From positions 7,807 through 71,806 of the forward strand of contig JAZRIF010000212.1 of the NCBI GenBank assembly GCA_045645165.1: a stretch of 64,000 bases of DNA, given 5' to 3'. How positions within the stretch are numbered: position 1 is the first letter of the stretch; every line of letters begins with the position of its first letter. The notes under the pieces are model-generated. The model ran no database searches. It saw only the letters and a program-made list of their open reading frames with translations, and was not told the DNA's origin. Source of the DNA: Eubacteriales bacterium. Lineage in GTDB: Bacteria; Bacillota; Clostridia; Oscillospirales; CAG-272. Of this stretch, positions 61,397 to 64,000 are shown one piece after another. The position numbers and the translations under genes were made by a program.

Positions 61397-63466
61397 ATGA
61401 ACAAAAACAGATTATATCGTAAATTGGCCGCTTGTGCTGCGGCCGTATCGTTGGCCGTCCTGGCCTTTATGGGAGGTGTGGGGCTCAGTTTCCTGTTCCC
61501 CGACTTTGATGCCCTACCTCTTTTTCTCATACTGACCGTTGCCTTTATTCTGGCCTGTGTCGCCAACCGCGCCGCCGCCAAGGTCTTCGCACGCAACCAT
61601 TTCGGGATGCCCCCCGCGGAGCGGCGGGAGATGTTTGACCGCCACATGAAAGAATACCAACGGGATCCCCAAGCCGCTCTGAACCGCTTTTCAGACATGG
61701 AGATGGTGCCCGTATTCATGCTTGTCCTATACTTCTCTTTGACCATAGCTATGAGCATGACCGCCGGGATGTGTCTGACTATGTCCCCGGAATCCACACT
61801 CCATTCTTGGGTCTCCGTTATCGGTCTAATGATCTGTATGCTCCTCCTGGGTATGCCACTCATTCGTCTGTTTGAACAGCTTCCCAAGAAGCCGAACAAG
61901 AACGTATTCGTGCCCCCAAGTTATCTGCCCACTCTGGAAGCTATGGCGAGGAAAGCCGCCGATACCGTGGGAATCAAAGGCATCATCCGTCTGGAGATCA
62001 CCCGAGAATGTGATTGCGACGTCAACGTATTCGGAAAAACCTACGTAGTCTTCCTCGGCACACGTCTTTTGACCTCCCTCACCGAGGATGAGGTTTATCA
62101 AGCCCTTCTTTCCTGCTTCGACTACTTCTCCCGACCCAAAGAATACCGCCAAGTCCTCCGCCGTCACCGTTTGGGTGAATTGGGTGCTGCAGATATCCGA
62201 CGGGAAACCTTTGCGTTCGATCTGTTTTTCTCTTATGCAGACGTAATGTTGGAATGGGAGTACGATCTCTATATCACAGCCTATAAAGCCTACATCGACA
62301 GTATGGCCGACCACCGCATCCGCGAGCAGGGAGATCCCGATGCAGCTGTGAATGCCATGTGTAAACGTGCCATGTGGCGGCACTTCATCTTTGAGGCAAA
62401 CGATTATCTCACGAAACCCTTCTTCTATGAGCCCACCCCCCACGATCATTATGAGTGGGACGTATGTGAGGCCTTTCGTACCGCTCTGGAAAGACGGCAC
62501 GCGATCTGGCAAAATATGCTGAGAACAGAGCTTCGCCCTGAAATCGAACGCCGCTACCCGCTGTTTCGGGAAAGCCTGCAAAAACTAACCCCCAACGCTT
62601 CCATAACGGATATACAGATTTCGATTCCCGATCTGTCAACGCCCTACGGTCAAGAGGTTCTGGCCGCAGTAGGCATGGTAGACACACAAATGCGCAAGGA
62701 TATCGAACAAAGCTACGCCGCTACCCGCCAGCGCGAATATCTGGAGCCCCTGCGCGTCACCGAGGACTACGAGGCCAATCCCACGGGCTACACCACCCCC
62801 GAGCTTTCCCCCATCATCAACGCCTACCGCGATATCTGCGAGTACGGAAAAGCCGAGGCGCTCTGTGACCGCATCATAGAGACCGAAACCAACCAATTTG
62901 CTTTGGCTCACGCCATCTACTTCAAGGGCATGTGCATGCTCCACCGCTATGAGACTGAAGGAATCGATCTGATCTACCGCGCCATTGATCTCAATAAGAA
63001 TTACATGAAGGACGGCTTTGAGATGGTGGAGGAATACTGCACGCTCTGCGGTCTGGAGAGCGAATACGAAGCATTCCTTCACCGCGCGGATATTCAGATG
63101 TCCGCCCACGCATACAATCACGAGGTAGCGGGCAATCTCTCTCCCCGCGATCATCTGATCAAGGAAGAAGCGCTCGGAGATCTGCTTCCCGACATTCTTG
63201 CCTACATGGAGGAAGCCGCAGACGGCTGCATCCGGGAGATTTATCTGGTTCGCAAGGTGATTTCCGAGGACTTCTTCACCAGCGCATTCGTGATCAATTT
63301 TGAGTACGGAGCCACCGAGGAAACCATGCGCCGTACCTATCAGGCTATCTTCAATTATTTGGACGCATATCCTGTAGATTGGCAGTTCTCCCTGTTCGTC
63401 TATGACCGCGCCACCGAAGCCGCTGTAAAGCGAGTAGAAGGTTCCCTGGTGTGGAAAAAGAAGTAA
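61397..63466 (+). CDS. Polytopic membrane protein with M48-peptidase-like domain lacking HExxH, plus helical C-terminal domain
   Basis: 689 aa with 4 N-terminal TM segments. LEAMARKAADTVGIKGIIRLEI...VNVFGKTYVVFLGTRLLTSLTEDEVYQALLSCFDYF parallels M48 (...NAFaxG...I.l..gLl..L..dEl.aVLaHElgH), but HExxH is replaced by SCFDY. Confidence 0.6.
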   Translation: MNKNRLYRKLAACAAAVSLAVLAFMGGVGLSFLFPDFDALPLFLILTVAFILACVANRAAAKVFARNHFGMPPAERREMFDRHMKEYQRDPQAALNRFSDMEMVPVFMLVLYFSLTIAMSMTAGMCLTMSPESTLHSWVSVIGLMICMLLLGMPLIRLFEQLPKKPNKNVFVPPSYLPTLEAMARKAADTVGIKGIIRLEITRECDCDVNVFGKTYVVFLGTRLLTSLTEDEVYQALLSCFDYFSRPKEYRQVLRRHRLGELGAADIRRETFAFDLFFSYADVMLEWEYDLYITAYKAYIDSMADHRIREQGDPDAAVNAMCKRAMWRHFIFEANDYLTKPFFYEPTPHDHYEWDVCEAFRTALERRHAIWQNMLRTELRPEIERRYPLFRESLQKLTPNASITDIQISIPDLSTPYGQEVLAAVGMVDTQMRKDIEQSYAATRQREYLEPLRVTEDYEANPTGYTTPELSPIINAYRDICEYGKAEALCDRIIETETNQFALAHAIYFKGMCMLHRYETEGIDLIYRAIDLNKNYMKDGFEMVEEYCTLCGLESEYEAFLHRADIQMSAHAYNHEVAGNLSPRDHLIKEEALGDLLPDILAYMEEAADGCIREIYLVRKVISEDFFTSAFVINFEYGATEETMRRTYQAIFNYLDAYPVDWQFSLFVYDRATEAAVKRVEGSLVWKKK

Positions 63467-63534
63467 AAATCTCCGCCTTTCGGAATTGTGCAATATCCGC
63501 AAAAAAGCATGTCGAAAGTTGGTGGATGTGCCCA

Positions 63535-63563
63535 TTGAAAATCAACGAAAAATCAAGTATAAT
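63535..63563 (+). promoter_or_regulatory. Sigma-A promoter for the last gene
   Basis: TTGAAA, a 17-nt spacer, then TATAAT. Confidence 0.55.
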
Positions 63564-63598
63564 TAAGTGATTTTTGAATCGAAAAATCTGTTAGTAGG

Positions 63599-64000
63599 AT
63601 GGTCATTACCGTGAAATCTGCCCTTACGAAATTCTGTCAGGTGTACAACTTCCGCGGCCCCGAAGCCAAGGGGCGGGTCTGCGTGCTGATCTACACCCTG
63701 GTGGAGTACTTTCTCCTTTACATCACCTCGGGTATCTTCTACACCCAGTTCCTGCAAAGCTACAAGGTGGATATTACCGGTGTCGGTATTCTGAATTTCA
63801 TTCCCTTCCTGGCCTCCATGTTCGTACTGTTCACTCCCGGGCTTTTGAATCATTTTCCCAAGCGCCGCTGGCTGTTGGCGGGATGTAAGCTTTTGTACTA
63901 TGTTCTGAACGTGGCTGTGCTGACCCTGCTCCCCGCCCTCATTACGGATTACAATACCCTGCTGGGGTGCATGATCGCCACCACCTTCCTGGCCTCCCTC
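63599..64000 (+). CDS. Membrane transporter (MFS/GPH-like), N-terminal 134 aa; runs off the right edge
   Basis: Manual translation: MVITVKSALTKFCQVYNFRGPEAKGRVCVLIYTLVEYFLLYITSGIFYTQFL..., with 3-4 TM segments and an open frame to base 64000. Absent from the track because it has no stop. Confidence 0.6.
   Translation, partial: MVITVKSALTKFCQVYNFRGPEAKGRVCVLIYTLVEYFLLYITSGIFYTQFLQSYKVDITGVGILNFIPFLASMFVLFTPGLLNHFPKRRWLLAGCKLLYYVLNVAVLTLLPALITDYNTLLGCMIATTFLASL

Overview
This 64-kb window looks like chromosome from a high-GC3, spore-forming Clostridia. That origin is inferred from spoVAD/spoVAE/sigK, the ispH-rpsA fusion, codon bias and perfect sigma-A promoters; the family is not determinable here. 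I call about 52 tightly packed protein genes, two of them truncated by the window edges. Gene content: a partial M16 peptidase; spoVAD-spoVAE abutting sigK; the cmk-plsC-ispH/S1 operon; an RpiR regulator; a GH36 sugar cluster; greA; an S41 protease; several rRNA/tRNA methyltransferases (rsmE, a THUMP enzyme, rlmB, rlmA-like, mnmM/ytqB-like); the TIGR03960/TIGR03936 radical-SAM pair; an htrA-RR-HK operon; a large glycosidase-like lipoprotein; DUF512-der-obg-ppa-glyQS-radC; a ThuA/glycosidase/esterase cluster; and a radical-SAM/SPASM gene. I saw no rRNA, tRNA, CRISPR, transposase, integrase or prophage signal. Many long opposite-strand ORFs in the track are antisense shadows caused by GC3 bias. 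Most interesting observations: (1) a 1104-aa protein whose C-terminal part reads block-for-block like a CopA-type P1B ATPase with every catalytic motif replaced, fused to about 22 tandem Glu/Tyr 8-aa repeats. It is apparently co-transcribed with rlmB and the uncharacterised radical-SAM pair. (2) An inverted pair of a two-hairpin REP-like element with compensatory stem changes. (3) An anti-SD/anti-anti-SD-like leader before ppa. (4) A radical-SAM/SPASM gene paired with an M48-like membrane protein lacking HExxH. All family calls rest on reading translations and remembered motifs; no database search was possible.
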